Shown here: positions 42,243-51,781 of the stretch, in pieces
Layout of the letters: each line of letters starts with the position of its first letter
Numbering within the stretch: position 1 is the stretch's first letter
Origin: an uncultured Gemmatimonadales bacterium
GTDB lineage: Bacteria > Gemmatimonadota > Gemmatimonadetes > Gemmatimonadales > GWC2-71-9
Direction of reading: 5' to 3'
Assembly (NCBI GenBank): GCA_963795085.1
Contig: CAWCFX010000001.1
Location: 672,001 to 736,000 of the forward strand
Length of the DNA: 64,000 bases
Program-made: the position numbers and the translations under genes
The notes under the pieces: generated by a model
The model's database searches: none
What the model saw: the letters and a program-made list of their open reading frames with translations, nothing else
Told to the model about the DNA's origin: nothing

Positions 42243-43529
42243 ATGCCGGACCCGGCCCACCCACCCTCATTCGGCGAAGCATTCCGCTTCTGGCTCCGGC
42301 TGGGGTTCATCAGCTTCGGCGGGCCGGCCGGCCAGATCGCGATCATGCACCGCGAGCTGGTGGACGAGCGGCAGTGGATTTCGGAGCCTCGGTTCCTGCA
42401 CGCGCTCAATTTCTGCATGTTCCTCCCCGGCCCCGAGGCCTGCCAGCTGGCCATTTACATCGGGTGGCTGTTCCACGGGACCCGGGGCGGCATCACCGCC
42501 GGAGTTCTGTTCGTGCTTCCGTCGGTCGTCATTCTCTGGGGGCTGAGCCTCCTCTATGCATCGCTCGCCGGCCTGGGCTGGGTGGTGGCGGTATTCTACG
42601 GGCTCAAAGCAGCCGTCGTTGCGATCGTGGCCCATGCCATGGTGCGCATCGGACGGCGCGCGCTCCGGAACCTGCCCCTTGCCCTGATCGCGGTCCTCGC
42701 CTTTGTCGCGCTCTATTTCCTGAACCTCCCGTTTCCCCTCGTCATCCTGGCCGCGGGGGTGGTTGGTTTCGCGGGTGGCACCATTCGTCCTGATGCCTTT
42801 GCGCCGACGGGCGGCGACGGGCACCCGTCTCCCTACACGTTTCGCGACTTGGCCGGGCCAGCGCCGACGGGTCGGTCAATCCGGGTGGCACTGGTCTGCC
42901 TTTTCCTCTGGTGGCTGCCGGTCCTGGCTGCGGTCTTATGGCTCGGCAGCGGCAGCGTGCTGGTGGGCGAGGCGCTGTTCTTCAGCAAGGCGGCGATGGT
43001 GACCTTTGGCGGGGCCTACGCCGTCCTCCCCTACGTTGCCCAGCACGCGGTAGAACGGGCCGGCTGGCTCTCCGCCCCGGAGATGGTGGATGGGCTGGGG
43101 CTCGCCGAAACTACCCCGGGGCCGCTGATCATGGTGGTGCTGTTTGTGGGGTTCATGGCGGGATGGCATCACCCAGAGCCGCTCTCGCCACTGGGCATGG
43201 CCACCGCGGGAGCGCTGTTGACCACCTGGGTCACGTTCGTTCCCTGCTTCATGTGGATCTTCCTCGGAGCTCCCTACGTGGAGCGGCTCTACGGCAACCG
43301 GAAGCTGGGGAGCATACTCGCGGCTATCACGGCGGCGGTCGTAGGGGTCATCGCCAACCTGTCGGTGTGGTTCGCCGGGCATGTGGTGTTTCCGGCCGGC
43401 CGGCTGGACCCCTTCGCGCTGGGGCTCGGCATCATCGTCCTGGCGGGCCTGTTGCGTTGGAAATGGAAGGTGGTGCCGGTGGTAGGAGGCGCGGCACTGG
43501 CCGGGTGGGGGTACTGGCTGATCAGGTAA
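42243..43529 (+). CDS. chrA: Chromate efflux transporter (CHR family, long-chain)
   Basis: SFGGPAGQIA, LPGPEA, TFGGAYAVL, ETTPGPL. Confidence 0.92.
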   Translation: MPDPAHPPSFGEAFRFWLRLGFISFGGPAGQIAIMHRELVDERQWISEPRFLHALNFCMFLPGPEACQLAIYIGWLFHGTRGGITAGVLFVLPSVVILWGLSLLYASLAGLGWVVAVFYGLKAAVVAIVAHAMVRIGRRALRNLPLALIAVLAFVALYFLNLPFPLVILAAGVVGFAGGTIRPDAFAPTGGDGHPSPYTFRDLAGPAPTGRSIRVALVCLFLWWLPVLAAVLWLGSGSVLVGEALFFSKAAMVTFGGAYAVLPYVAQHAVERAGWLSAPEMVDGLGLAETTPGPLIMVVLFVGFMAGWHHPEPLSPLGMATAGALLTTWVTFVPCFMWIFLGAPYVERLYGNRKLGSILAAITAAVVGVIANLSVWFAGHVVFPAGRLDPFALGLGIIVLAGLLRWKWKVVPVVGGAALAGWGYWLIR

Positions 43530-43589
43530 AGGGGCCTCACCGGTATCACGAAGGGAACGAAGAAATGATTGTCCCTCCGGGGGGCCTGC

Positions 43590-43841
43590 CTACTGCGCTG
43601 GCTTGTAGATCCGGAGCCGGGGGTTGCCGCCCAACCCGACGAAAGTCAGGCCGAGGGTGGCCAGATCGTCCGGGGTCAGGCTGCTCAGGGTCTCCTGGTC
43701 CAGAAAGCCGCTTCGCCGGGCGCATGGCTCACAGATCCCGTGGGACACCCCGGATCCTTCCGGGCTCCCTTCGAGAGTCTCGCCACACCAGGCGCAGCGC
43801 AAAAGCAACGGCATCAACAACCTCGTCCCCGCCGAGGCCAC
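43590..43841 (-). CDS. Small putative zinc-binding protein
   Basis: CAWC..SHGICEPC motif in an 83-aa ORF. Confidence 0.6.
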   Translation of the reverse strand: MASAGTRLLMPLLLRCAWCGETLEGSPEGSGVSHGICEPCARRSGFLDQETLSSLTPDDLATLGLTFVGLGGNPRLRIYKPAQ

Positions 43842-43948
43842 GGTTATTCCCCCCTATGGGGGATCGCCGAATCCCCGGGGCGGGTGACCTCGGGAACCGG
43901 GGTGCGAAGGGGCATTTCGCATGCCATTCCGGGCGGGGCCTCGACGCG

Positions 43949-45013
43949 TCAGGGGGTCGGCAGGGTGGGCCACTGCTGGGTAACGCAATGAATGGCGCCC
44001 AGGCCCCAGACCAGGTCGGTGCAATCGATCCCAACCACGCGGCGTCCCGGGAAGAGGTCCTGTAACGCCTGCCGGGCGACTTCGTCCCCCGGGGAGCGGT
44101 AGGTGGGAAGGAGGACCACCTTGTTGGCGATGTAGAAGTTGGCGTAACTGGCGGGGAGGCGCTGGTCTCCCTGGTAAAGCGGGTTCGGCATCGGCAACGT
44201 CACCACCCGGAGCGGCCGGCCGTTCTGGTCCTTCATGGACGACAACCGCTGGAGATTCTCCTGCAGCGGGGCGTAGTTGGCATCGGTCGGGTCCGGTTCC
44301 ACGACGGTGACGACGGTGCGGGCATCGGTAAAGCGGGACAGGTCGTCCACATGTCCGTCGGTGTCATCTCCTTCGATACCGTCCCCCAGCCACAGAATGT
44401 GGCGTACTCCCAGGTAGTCCTTCAAGTACTGTTCGATCTGCCCGCGGGACAGGTCCGGGTTGCGGTTGGGATTGAGCAGGCACGCCTCGGTCGTGAGCAG
44501 GGTGCCCGCACCGTTGAGGTCGATCGACCCTCCCTCCATGATGATCCCCGGATGAAAGACCGGGATCCCGAACTCGGCGCCGATCCGGCTGGGAATCACG
44601 TCGTCGAGATCATAGGGCGGATACTTGTTCCCCCAGGCATTGTATCCCCAGTCCACGATCGCCTCTTCGGCCTTCTCCTCCCCCCGGCGCTGGACGAAGA
44701 TGGGCCCGTGGTCCCGGCACCAGGCGTCGTTTGTGGGGTTATGGTGAAAGAAAACCCGGTCCTTCGGGATCTCCGGGTGCTGGAGGAAGCTCCGTGCCGC
44801 AGCCTCCTCTTCGGGGCCGGCCACGTTGATGTGGACTTCCTCGTGGGGCGCCAGGTGACGGACCATTTCACCGAAAATGGCGGGCACCGGACCAAAGCGG
44901 CCCGGCCAGCTGGCTTCCTTGTGGGGCCATGAGAGCCAGGTACCCCGGTGAGGCGCCCATTCAGCCGGCATGCTGAAGCCGGCTGGGCGCTTCGCATCGG
45001 CTTGGCCGGTCAT
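43949..45013 (-). CDS. aguA: Agmatine deiminase family protein
   Basis: MPAEW, WCRDHGP, EGGSID, DTDGHVD, ASYANF, GAIHCVTQQ. Confidence 0.93.
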   Translation of the reverse strand: MTGQADAKRPAGFSMPAEWAPHRGTWLSWPHKEASWPGRFGPVPAIFGEMVRHLAPHEEVHINVAGPEEEAAARSFLQHPEIPKDRVFFHHNPTNDAWCRDHGPIFVQRRGEEKAEEAIVDWGYNAWGNKYPPYDLDDVIPSRIGAEFGIPVFHPGIIMEGGSIDLNGAGTLLTTEACLLNPNRNPDLSRGQIEQYLKDYLGVRHILWLGDGIEGDDTDGHVDDLSRFTDARTVVTVVEPDPTDANYAPLQENLQRLSSMKDQNGRPLRVVTLPMPNPLYQGDQRLPASYANFYIANKVVLLPTYRSPGDEVARQALQDLFPGRRVVGIDCTDLVWGLGAIHCVTQQWPTLPTP

Positions 45014-45041
45014 TGCCGATTGCCGATCAAAGATTGCCGAT
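45013..45041. repeat. GATTGCC heptamer array (left flank of four-helix-bundle pseudogene)
   Basis: ttgccga ttgccga tcaaaga ttgccga. Confidence 0.75.
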
Positions 45042-45439
45042 CTGCCTGCGGTGCGCTCTCGGCGGTCCGATGGCTGGCCACGAAGATCGAAATCAGCTCC
45101 TCAGTCTCATCCCGAAGGTCTAGCACCATTCTTCTGTTCTATCCTCGATTGTGCTTTGAGCAGGTCACGCCAGAACTGGGTTTCGTCGCACTCCTCGATG
45201 ACAATACCCGGCGACTAACTCCTTCCTGGAGCGGGCACGGCAGGTTGACCGATAATTAGCCGCAACACTCGTTCTACTACGGAGCAACTGGTCGCGGATC
45301 ACCCGAACGGCGGAACTATATGCTGATGTTTCGGAAAAGTGAGGACGTCGAGGGCAAGCTGTTTGGTCCTGTCTCTGAGCAGGCGGCGTTTTTCGGCAGA
45401 AGTGAGACCCGGGAGGAGGCTGACTTCATCCCGATCCAT
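45030..45439 (-). pseudogene. Four-helix-bundle (23S rRNA IVS/Avd-like) protein pseudogene with at least 3 frameshifts
   Basis: Successive frames give LRDRTKQLALDVL / IRDQLLRSRTSVAANYRSTCRARSRKE / GIVIEECDETQFWRDLL / LRDETEELISIF. Confidence 0.85.
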
Positions 45440-45528
45440 CATCAAGAGGCGCCAGTACCTCCAGGTGATAACTGCCTGGTCAACAAGCTAAAGTCTTACC
45501 ACCACTTTACGAAAATACGCATCTTTCC

Positions 45529-45566
<38 letters not shown>

Positions 45567-46445
45567 CTAATCGTCCAGATACCTCTTCGTCAGGTCCCCG
45601 TAGGCATCCACCCGCCGGTCCCGGAGAAATGGCCAATGGGTCCGGGCGGTGTCGATCAGGCCCAGGTCGCACTCCACGACCAGGGTTTCCTCCCCCTCGC
45701 CGGCCCGGGCCAGCACGGTCCCGTAGGGATCCGCGACAAAGCTGTTGCCCCAGAACTCGATGCCGCCGGCCGGGTCGCCTTCGTGGCCCACCCGGTTGAC
45801 GGCCACCACGAAGACGCCATTGGCGATCGCATGGCTTCGCTGCATCGTTTCCCAGGCGTTCTGCTGGGCCGCGCCATATTGGCTCTTCTCGGCCGGTAGC
45901 CACCCGATGGCCGTGGGATAAAAGAGCACGTGGGCGCCGTGCATCGCGGTGAGCCGGGCACCCTCGGGATACCACTGGTCCCAGCACACCAGGGTCCCGA
46001 TGGGGCCGTGGCGGGTGTTCCAGCTGCGGAAGCCGAGGTCGCCGGGCGTGAAATAGAACTTCTCGTAGAAGAGCGGATCGTCGGGGATGTGCATCTTCCG
46101 GTATTTGCCGGCCACTGTCCCGTCGGCTTCGATCATGGCCGCGGTGTTGTGGTACAGGCCTTCGGCCCGCTTTTCGAAGAGGGACGCCACGATCACCACG
46201 TTGAGCTCCCGGGCCACTTTGCCCAGCGCCTCGGTACTGGGACCGGGGATCGGCTCGGCCAACTGGAAAAAATCGTGGTTCTCGCTCTGGCAGAAATACT
46301 GGGTGCGAAACAGCTCCTGCAGGCAGATCACCTGGGCGCCCCGTGCGGCCGCATCGCGAACTCCGGCCACGGCGCGGGCGAAATTGTCGGCGGGATCGGT
46401 GGAGCACCGCATCTGGACCAGGCCGACCGTGAGAGTCTTGCTCAT
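45567..46445 (-). CDS. aguB: N-carbamoylputrescine amidohydrolase-like carbon-nitrogen hydrolase
   Basis: CLQELF, YRKMHIPDDP, EKFYFTPGD, VCWDQWYPE; next to aguA. Confidence 0.88.
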   Translation of the reverse strand: MSKTLTVGLVQMRCSTDPADNFARAVAGVRDAAARGAQVICLQELFRTQYFCQSENHDFFQLAEPIPGPSTEALGKVARELNVVIVASLFEKRAEGLYHNTAAMIEADGTVAGKYRKMHIPDDPLFYEKFYFTPGDLGFRSWNTRHGPIGTLVCWDQWYPEGARLTAMHGAHVLFYPTAIGWLPAEKSQYGAAQQNAWETMQRSHAIANGVFVVAVNRVGHEGDPAGGIEFWGNSFVADPYGTVLARAGEGEETLVVECDLGLIDTARTHWPFLRDRRVDAYGDLTKRYLDD

Positions 46446-46550
46446 GGAGGCAAGATAACGGCCAGTGGGTCAGTGGGTCAGGGGTCAGTGCCTGAGGCGC
46501 CATGGGCCGGACCGGGGCTGGTTGGCGCCGATGTCCCGGTACCATTATCC

Positions 46551-46622
46551 TGTCCCACTGTCCCACTGTCCCACTGTCCCACTGTCCCACTGTCCCACTG
46601 TCCCACTGTCCCACTGTCCCAC
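46551..46622. repeat. Perfect octamer tandem repeat (TGTCCCAC)9
   Basis: Nine exact copies; a related CAGTGGGT array lies at 46463-46490. Confidence 0.97.
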
Positions 46623-46645
46623 TTCTCCGTGACCTCTCAGCGACT

Positions 46646-47728
46646 TTGACCCGATCCCTTTCCGTCACCTTCGCGCTGGCTCTGCTGACTACTGGCTCCG
46701 CGGCCGCCCAGTCAGTAGACTGGCGCACCCGGGCCACGTTTTACGCCGACAATACCGAGTTCTTTACCCCCTTCCGTACCGGCGAGACCATTCTCGGCGC
46801 CCAGTTCCAGACCTGGCTCGATCTCGGCGTAAGCCCGCGGACCCGGGTGCGTGCGGGGGTCTTTGGGGACCTCCGCTACGGCAGCGAGGAGTTCCTGGAC
46901 CCGGTCAAGCCGATCATCAGTTTCCGGTACGAGACGCCAGCCACCCTGGGTGTACTGGGGACCCTCGAAACCGGAAACCGTCACGGGTACCTGGAGCCGC
47001 TGGAAGTGTCCACCCTGGAATTCACCCGGCCGATTGAATACGGTGGCCAACTTCTTCAGCGGCGGCGCCACTGGGACATGGATCTCTTTCTGGACTGGCG
47101 GGGGCTCAACACCCCGAGCAGCCGGGAGACCTTCAACTACGGGCTGGTCCTGCGAGGGCGGCCGGCTTCGTTTCTTACACTCGAGTACCAGTTCCATGGA
47201 CTGCACCGCGGCGGCCAGCTGTACGACGCCGGGGCGCCGGTGACCAACAATACTGTCAGCGCGATCGGCGCCAGGCTGCACCATGACCTGGGCCGGATGG
47301 GGCCAGGTTCGCTGGCGGCCTTCTACCTCGCGAGCCAGGGCCATATCGACCCCAACGGGCCCGCGGGGCGCCCCGACCGGGGGCACGGCACCTGGCTCCG
47401 TGCATCGGTGATGCCGCTGGGATACATCGAGGTGTTTGGCCTGTACTGGCTGGGTCGCGATTATCACACCGACGAGGGCGACGCCAATTACAACTCGGCC
47501 GGAGCGGACCCGGCCTTCTACCGGTCCCGTCGGCGCTACGCCGAACTGGGCGCCATACGGCGAACCCGGATAGACGGGAAGGTCGAACTCGACGCCGAGT
47601 TCCGGCTCCACCGGGTGGACGACGAGGTGAGCCAGGCCCTGTTCGACAGCAAGTGGGAATACTCCTACCGGCTGGTGGTGCGGGTGCCGCTGGACCTTTC
47701 GTTGCGCGCCAGCCGGGAGCGGCCCTAG
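46646..47728 (+). CDS. Hypothetical secreted protein, probable outer-membrane beta-barrel (start TTG 46646; ORF open from 46502)
   Basis: Signal peptide ending AAAQ; alternating-pattern beta strands rich in aromatic residues. Confidence 0.65.
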   Translation: MTRSLSVTFALALLTTGSAAAQSVDWRTRATFYADNTEFFTPFRTGETILGAQFQTWLDLGVSPRTRVRAGVFGDLRYGSEEFLDPVKPIISFRYETPATLGVLGTLETGNRHGYLEPLEVSTLEFTRPIEYGGQLLQRRRHWDMDLFLDWRGLNTPSSRETFNYGLVLRGRPASFLTLEYQFHGLHRGGQLYDAGAPVTNNTVSAIGARLHHDLGRMGPGSLAAFYLASQGHIDPNGPAGRPDRGHGTWLRASVMPLGYIEVFGLYWLGRDYHTDEGDANYNSAGADPAFYRSRRRYAELGAIRRTRIDGKVELDAEFRLHRVDDEVSQALFDSKWEYSYRLVVRVPLDLSLRASRERP

Positions 47729-47820
47729 CCGGAAACCGCGGCTGTCACGAGGCGTCCTGTTATCTTCCGGCTTCCCCGGGTCCTGCCCGCGTCCCCTTAC
47801 ATCACGACGAGGAGTCTACG

Positions 47821-49794
47821 ATGGTTCTCGGCCTGCTCATGGTGCTGCTGCAACAGCAACCGGCGACTCCGACCCGGCCTGCCTCCGGCATTTCGCGGGT
47901 TGAAATCACTCCAGCGGCCACCGAGGTGCAGGTCGGCCAGGCGCTGCAGTTGCGCGCCCGCGCACTGGATTCCACCGGGGTCGAGGTCCCGGGGGCTCGG
48001 TTCTTCTGGAACGCATCCGGCGAGGGCACCGTGGATTCCACCGGACTGGTCCAGGGCGCGTTCCGGGGCCCGCTCCAGGTGAGCGTCATGGCCACCGTGC
48101 GCGGCAAGAGCGGGCGGCTGGTCGAAACCGTCGACCTCCGGGTGGTGCCGCAGCCGGCATCCCGGGTTGTCATTACCCCGGCGCCCGCCCGGGTGCTGGC
48201 GGGAACCCGCCTCAGTCTCACGGGGGCGTCCTACAGTCCCCAGAACGATGTTCGTGGCGACGTGATCACGTTCACCTCCAGCAATCCGCGGATCGCAACG
48301 ATCACGTCCGACGGGCGGCTGAGCGCGGTGGCGCCGGGCCAGGTAACGATTACGGCCAAGGCCGGCGCCGCCACCCATGCCCATACCATCCAGGTGGTGC
48401 CGAACCCGGTGACCCGGATGGCGGTAGAACCGCAGAACTCCACCGCGCTCACCGGCGACGTGGTCCGCTTCGCCGTGAACGCCAGCACGGCCGGGGGCCG
48501 GCCAGTCAGCGGCTTCCCGGTCCGCTGGGCCGTGGCCGGGGGCGGCGGGGTGGCGCAGATCGACGAGCAGGGGACCTTCGTGGCGGAACTGCCGGGCATC
48601 TATACGGTGACCGCCTCGCTGGGCTCGACCTCCACCGATGCGGTGGTGCGGGTCGCACCCCGGCGGGTGACCCGGGGCGTGGAGGTGGTGGGCCGGGTGC
48701 CGATCGAGCACTCGAGCGCCGAGGTCTGGGCGCACCCAGGCGGTACCTGTGTGTACCTCTCCACGATATCGGACCGGGTCTACGCCATCGACGTGACCAC
48801 GACCGGCCAGCCTCGCATCGTTGACTCCATGATGGCCAATGCCCGGCTGGTCAACGATGTGATGACGACCGAAGACGGTCGCTTCGGCGTCTTCTCCCGT
48901 GAAGGCGCCTCCGACCGGAAGAACGGCATCGTCATCTTCGATGCGTCCGACCCCTGCCACCCCAAGCCGATCTCCTCCTTTACGGAGACGGTCTCCGGCG
49001 GGGTGCACTCGAGCTTCGTCTACCAGGGCCACGTGTACCTTACCGACGACGCCACCGGCTCGCTTCGGGTCATCGACATCCAGAATCCCCATGAGCCGCG
49101 GGAAGTCGGCCGGTGGCAGACCGAACAGACCGAGATCGGCCGTTACGTGCACGACGTGGACGTAAAGGACGGGCTGGCCTACCTCTCCTACTGGAACGAT
49201 GGGCTGGTGATCCTGGACGTGGGGAACGGCGTGAAGGGAGGCAGCCCCGCCAACCCGGTGTTCGTCTCCCAGATCAAGTACAACCTGGACGAGGTGTATG
49301 CCCGGGTCGACCAGATCTTCGGGCTGGGCGCCCGGGGCACTCACACCGCCTGGCGGCACAAGAACTACGTGTTCGTGGGCGACGAGGTCTACGCCGCGAG
49401 GAATTACAAAGGCATCCAGGACGGCAACAACCTGACCTTCGGGCGGCTCCACGTGTTCGACGTGTCGGACATCGCGCACCCGCGGCCGGTGGCCTGGTAC
49501 GAGCCGACCGATGGCGGCGTACACAACGTCTGGGTGGAGGGCGACACGCTCTACATGGGCGCCTACCAGGGCGGGGCCCGGATGCTGGATATCTCGGGCG
49601 AGCTGCGAGGCGACCTGCTGCGGCAGGGCCGCGAAATCTCCTGGATCTCGACGGCCGACTCCCTGGGCCAGCGTCCCCGCGCGACCTTTTCATGGGGTGC
49701 GGTGGTCAAGAACGGGAACATCTATGTCCCCGACATCAACTCCGGCCTCTGGATCCTGCGGCTGGAGCCGAAGGAGGAGCGGCTCACGCCGTGA
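47821..49794 (+). CDS. Secreted protein with Ig-like (Big_2) domains and LVIVD-repeat propeller
   Basis: GAGGAG RBS; FTSSNPRIATI Ig motif; LRVIDI, YWNDGLVILDV, LHVFDVSD repeats. Confidence 0.85.
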   Translation: MVLGLLMVLLQQQPATPTRPASGISRVEITPAATEVQVGQALQLRARALDSTGVEVPGARFFWNASGEGTVDSTGLVQGAFRGPLQVSVMATVRGKSGRLVETVDLRVVPQPASRVVITPAPARVLAGTRLSLTGASYSPQNDVRGDVITFTSSNPRIATITSDGRLSAVAPGQVTITAKAGAATHAHTIQVVPNPVTRMAVEPQNSTALTGDVVRFAVNASTAGGRPVSGFPVRWAVAGGGGVAQIDEQGTFVAELPGIYTVTASLGSTSTDAVVRVAPRRVTRGVEVVGRVPIEHSSAEVWAHPGGTCVYLSTISDRVYAIDVTTTGQPRIVDSMMANARLVNDVMTTEDGRFGVFSREGASDRKNGIVIFDASDPCHPKPISSFTETVSGGVHSSFVYQGHVYLTDDATGSLRVIDIQNPHEPREVGRWQTEQTEIGRYVHDVDVKDGLAYLSYWNDGLVILDVGNGVKGGSPANPVFVSQIKYNLDEVYARVDQIFGLGARGTHTAWRHKNYVFVGDEVYAARNYKGIQDGNNLTFGRLHVFDVSDIAHPRPVAWYEPTDGGVHNVWVEGDTLYMGAYQGGARMLDISGELRGDLLRQGREISWISTADSLGQRPRATFSWGAVVKNGNIYVPDINSGLWILRLEPKEERLTP

Positions 49795-49823
49795 GGAAGT
49801 AAACGAGTCCCGGACTCCGCGCC

Positions 49824-51761
49824 TTACGTCTTTCGGGGAGCCTTGCGGCGGCAGGTCACGGTCGCCGCGCCCTCGCGCATGGGCCAGCGCGGTGTCACGG
49901 AGTCGCCCTGCCGGGTGGTATCGAAACCCCGTTCCGACTTGGACACCGTGGTGATCTCGAATCGCCACGGTTCCGTCGCGGGTGACAGGTCCAGGGGAAG
50001 CGCCTGGGCGAGCGAGATCTCCGGGGCGAAGAACGCACCGGGAAACGCCGCGGTGTCCCACCGGTAGCCAAGCGAGAATGACCCGTCCCGCCTGAACTGG
50101 TACTCCTTTTCGTAACGCAATGGTGCCAAGTCGCCGGACTGGAGCCGGATAGTCACCGCGCCCCGGCCGGCCTTCACCTGGTGGCTCATCGCGCGCGCCG
50201 CGCCCGACCAGAGCGGGGTGAACTCGCCCTCCGTGTACTGGTCCTGCCGCAGGTCCGCGGCGAGCACCCGGTCCACGAAGAGCGCGCGATCCTCCCGGTC
50301 CATGGGCGGAAGCCGGTCGAGGCGGCCGGCGCCTTCGATATCATGGATGCTGGGCGTGCCGCCCTCGTCCTGGTGGCCTCCGTCCCCGGGACGGCGGAAG
50401 TGGTAGGACTCCCGCCGCCGGGTCAGCATGTTGGCGTAATTCAGCCGGTCCCGAAAGACGGTAAACTCCTCCATGACGCCGCCCCGCCCGGGCGCGATGA
50501 TGGCCGAATAGGCCGGCCCGTGAACCCAGATCTCCTCGAACCCGTCCCCATCGATATCCAGCAGTTCCCACCCCAGCGTATCCGATTGCCGGAGAAACTC
50601 CTCGGCGGCGGCGAGTTCCCGCCAGATCGCGTCCCGGAGGTGGGGCAGGTAGAGTCCGCCGAAGACGCCATGCCAGTACGCGTCGTTGCACTGTGCCCGC
50701 CCGATGGCGCGGCGCGCCTCCGGTGGATTGTGGCGCTCGCCGCACAGGCGGCTCAGCGCCTGCATCTTCTTGTGCATCCGGTTGGACTCCGAATACTTCA
50801 CGAAGAAGTTCCGCCAGTGCGCGCCCCGGATCATGGCCCCATCCGGCCCGGCGAGCCGGTCGGCGCCAAGCTCCCGCTCCAGTTGTTCGAAGCGGAGACC
50901 TGCCTCGGCGGGCAATGACCAGCCTTCCATTTCCCGGTAGGACGCGGTGGGGAGGTAGGCGAGCCCACCGCTGGGCACCGCCGCCCGGGCCGCGGCCAGG
51001 GTGCTCATCTGGACTTCACCGGACTCGATCAGTGCCATCATGGTGTCGAGGAACCGGGTCAGCCAGCCCTGGCCATAGACCCAGTCCTGGGTCCCCGGCC
51101 AGCCTCCGAATTTTTCGCCGTCATCCGCCAGGACTGCCAGCCGATGGCCTGCTTCCCGGAGTTCCCTGAGGTAGCTCGCCGTCTCGCCCGGCGGCCGGAA
51201 GGGAATCAGGTACCGAAGCCGTTCATCGATGGGGAAGAGCCCCACGGTCTTCCCGTCGCTCTCGGTCTGCAGGTGGGTGTGGAGCTGGTCCCGCCGGAAT
51301 CCGGTGGCGAGGAAATGCCGGTCGTCCACCAGCGCGTAATCCACGCCGGCCACGGCCAGGTCGGCGGCCAGCTCCGGTTCCCAGACGCGCTCGGTGAGCC
51401 ACAGCCCGGTGGCGGCCACCCCGAAACGGCGGGATAACGCCTCCTTCATCCATTCGACCTGCTCCACCCGGTCCCGCCGGGGAAGCGAAGCGAGCACCGG
51501 CTCGTACAGCCCCGCCAGCAGCAACTCCAGTTTGCCGTCGGCCGCCAGCCGGCCCACCTTGTCGAGGTAGGCCGGGTCGTGGTGTTCGAGCCATTCCAGC
51601 AGGGGCCCGGAGATGTGCAGGACGAGGGGGAAGAAATCACGCTCCGCCACCCGGTCCAGGAAGGGGAGGTACACATCCCGCACGTGATCCTCGAACACCT
51701 GGTCGAAGTTGCCGACCGGCTGGTGCAGGTGGAGGCCGAACGCGAAGCGAATGGGGTCCAT
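49824..51761 (-). CDS. GH57 4-alpha-glucanotransferase/amylase (DUF1926-type)
   Basis: HLHQP, GLWLTERVW, DDGEKFGGWP, QCNDAYWHGVFGGLYLPHLR. Confidence 0.9.
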   Translation of the reverse strand: MDPIRFAFGLHLHQPVGNFDQVFEDHVRDVYLPFLDRVAERDFFPLVLHISGPLLEWLEHHDPAYLDKVGRLAADGKLELLLAGLYEPVLASLPRRDRVEQVEWMKEALSRRFGVAATGLWLTERVWEPELAADLAVAGVDYALVDDRHFLATGFRRDQLHTHLQTESDGKTVGLFPIDERLRYLIPFRPPGETASYLRELREAGHRLAVLADDGEKFGGWPGTQDWVYGQGWLTRFLDTMMALIESGEVQMSTLAAARAAVPSGGLAYLPTASYREMEGWSLPAEAGLRFEQLERELGADRLAGPDGAMIRGAHWRNFFVKYSESNRMHKKMQALSRLCGERHNPPEARRAIGRAQCNDAYWHGVFGGLYLPHLRDAIWRELAAAEEFLRQSDTLGWELLDIDGDGFEEIWVHGPAYSAIIAPGRGGVMEEFTVFRDRLNYANMLTRRRESYHFRRPGDGGHQDEGGTPSIHDIEGAGRLDRLPPMDREDRALFVDRVLAADLRQDQYTEGEFTPLWSGAARAMSHQVKAGRGAVTIRLQSGDLAPLRYEKEYQFRRDGSFSLGYRWDTAAFPGAFFAPEISLAQALPLDLSPATEPWRFEITTVSKSERGFDTTRQGDSVTPRWPMREGAATVTCRRKAPRKT

Positions 51762-51781
51762 GGGCGACTGCCGGTTGACGA

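Noticed and set aside
45030..45439. Diversity-generating retroelement suggested by the Avd-like gene
   Set aside because: No reverse transcriptase, and I saw no template/variable repeat pair in the window.
46551..46622. CRISPR array or real Cys/His-rich peptide repeat (PLSHCPTV)
   Set aside because: A spacerless 8-bp tandem repeat; the peptide repeat is a by-product seen in several frames.
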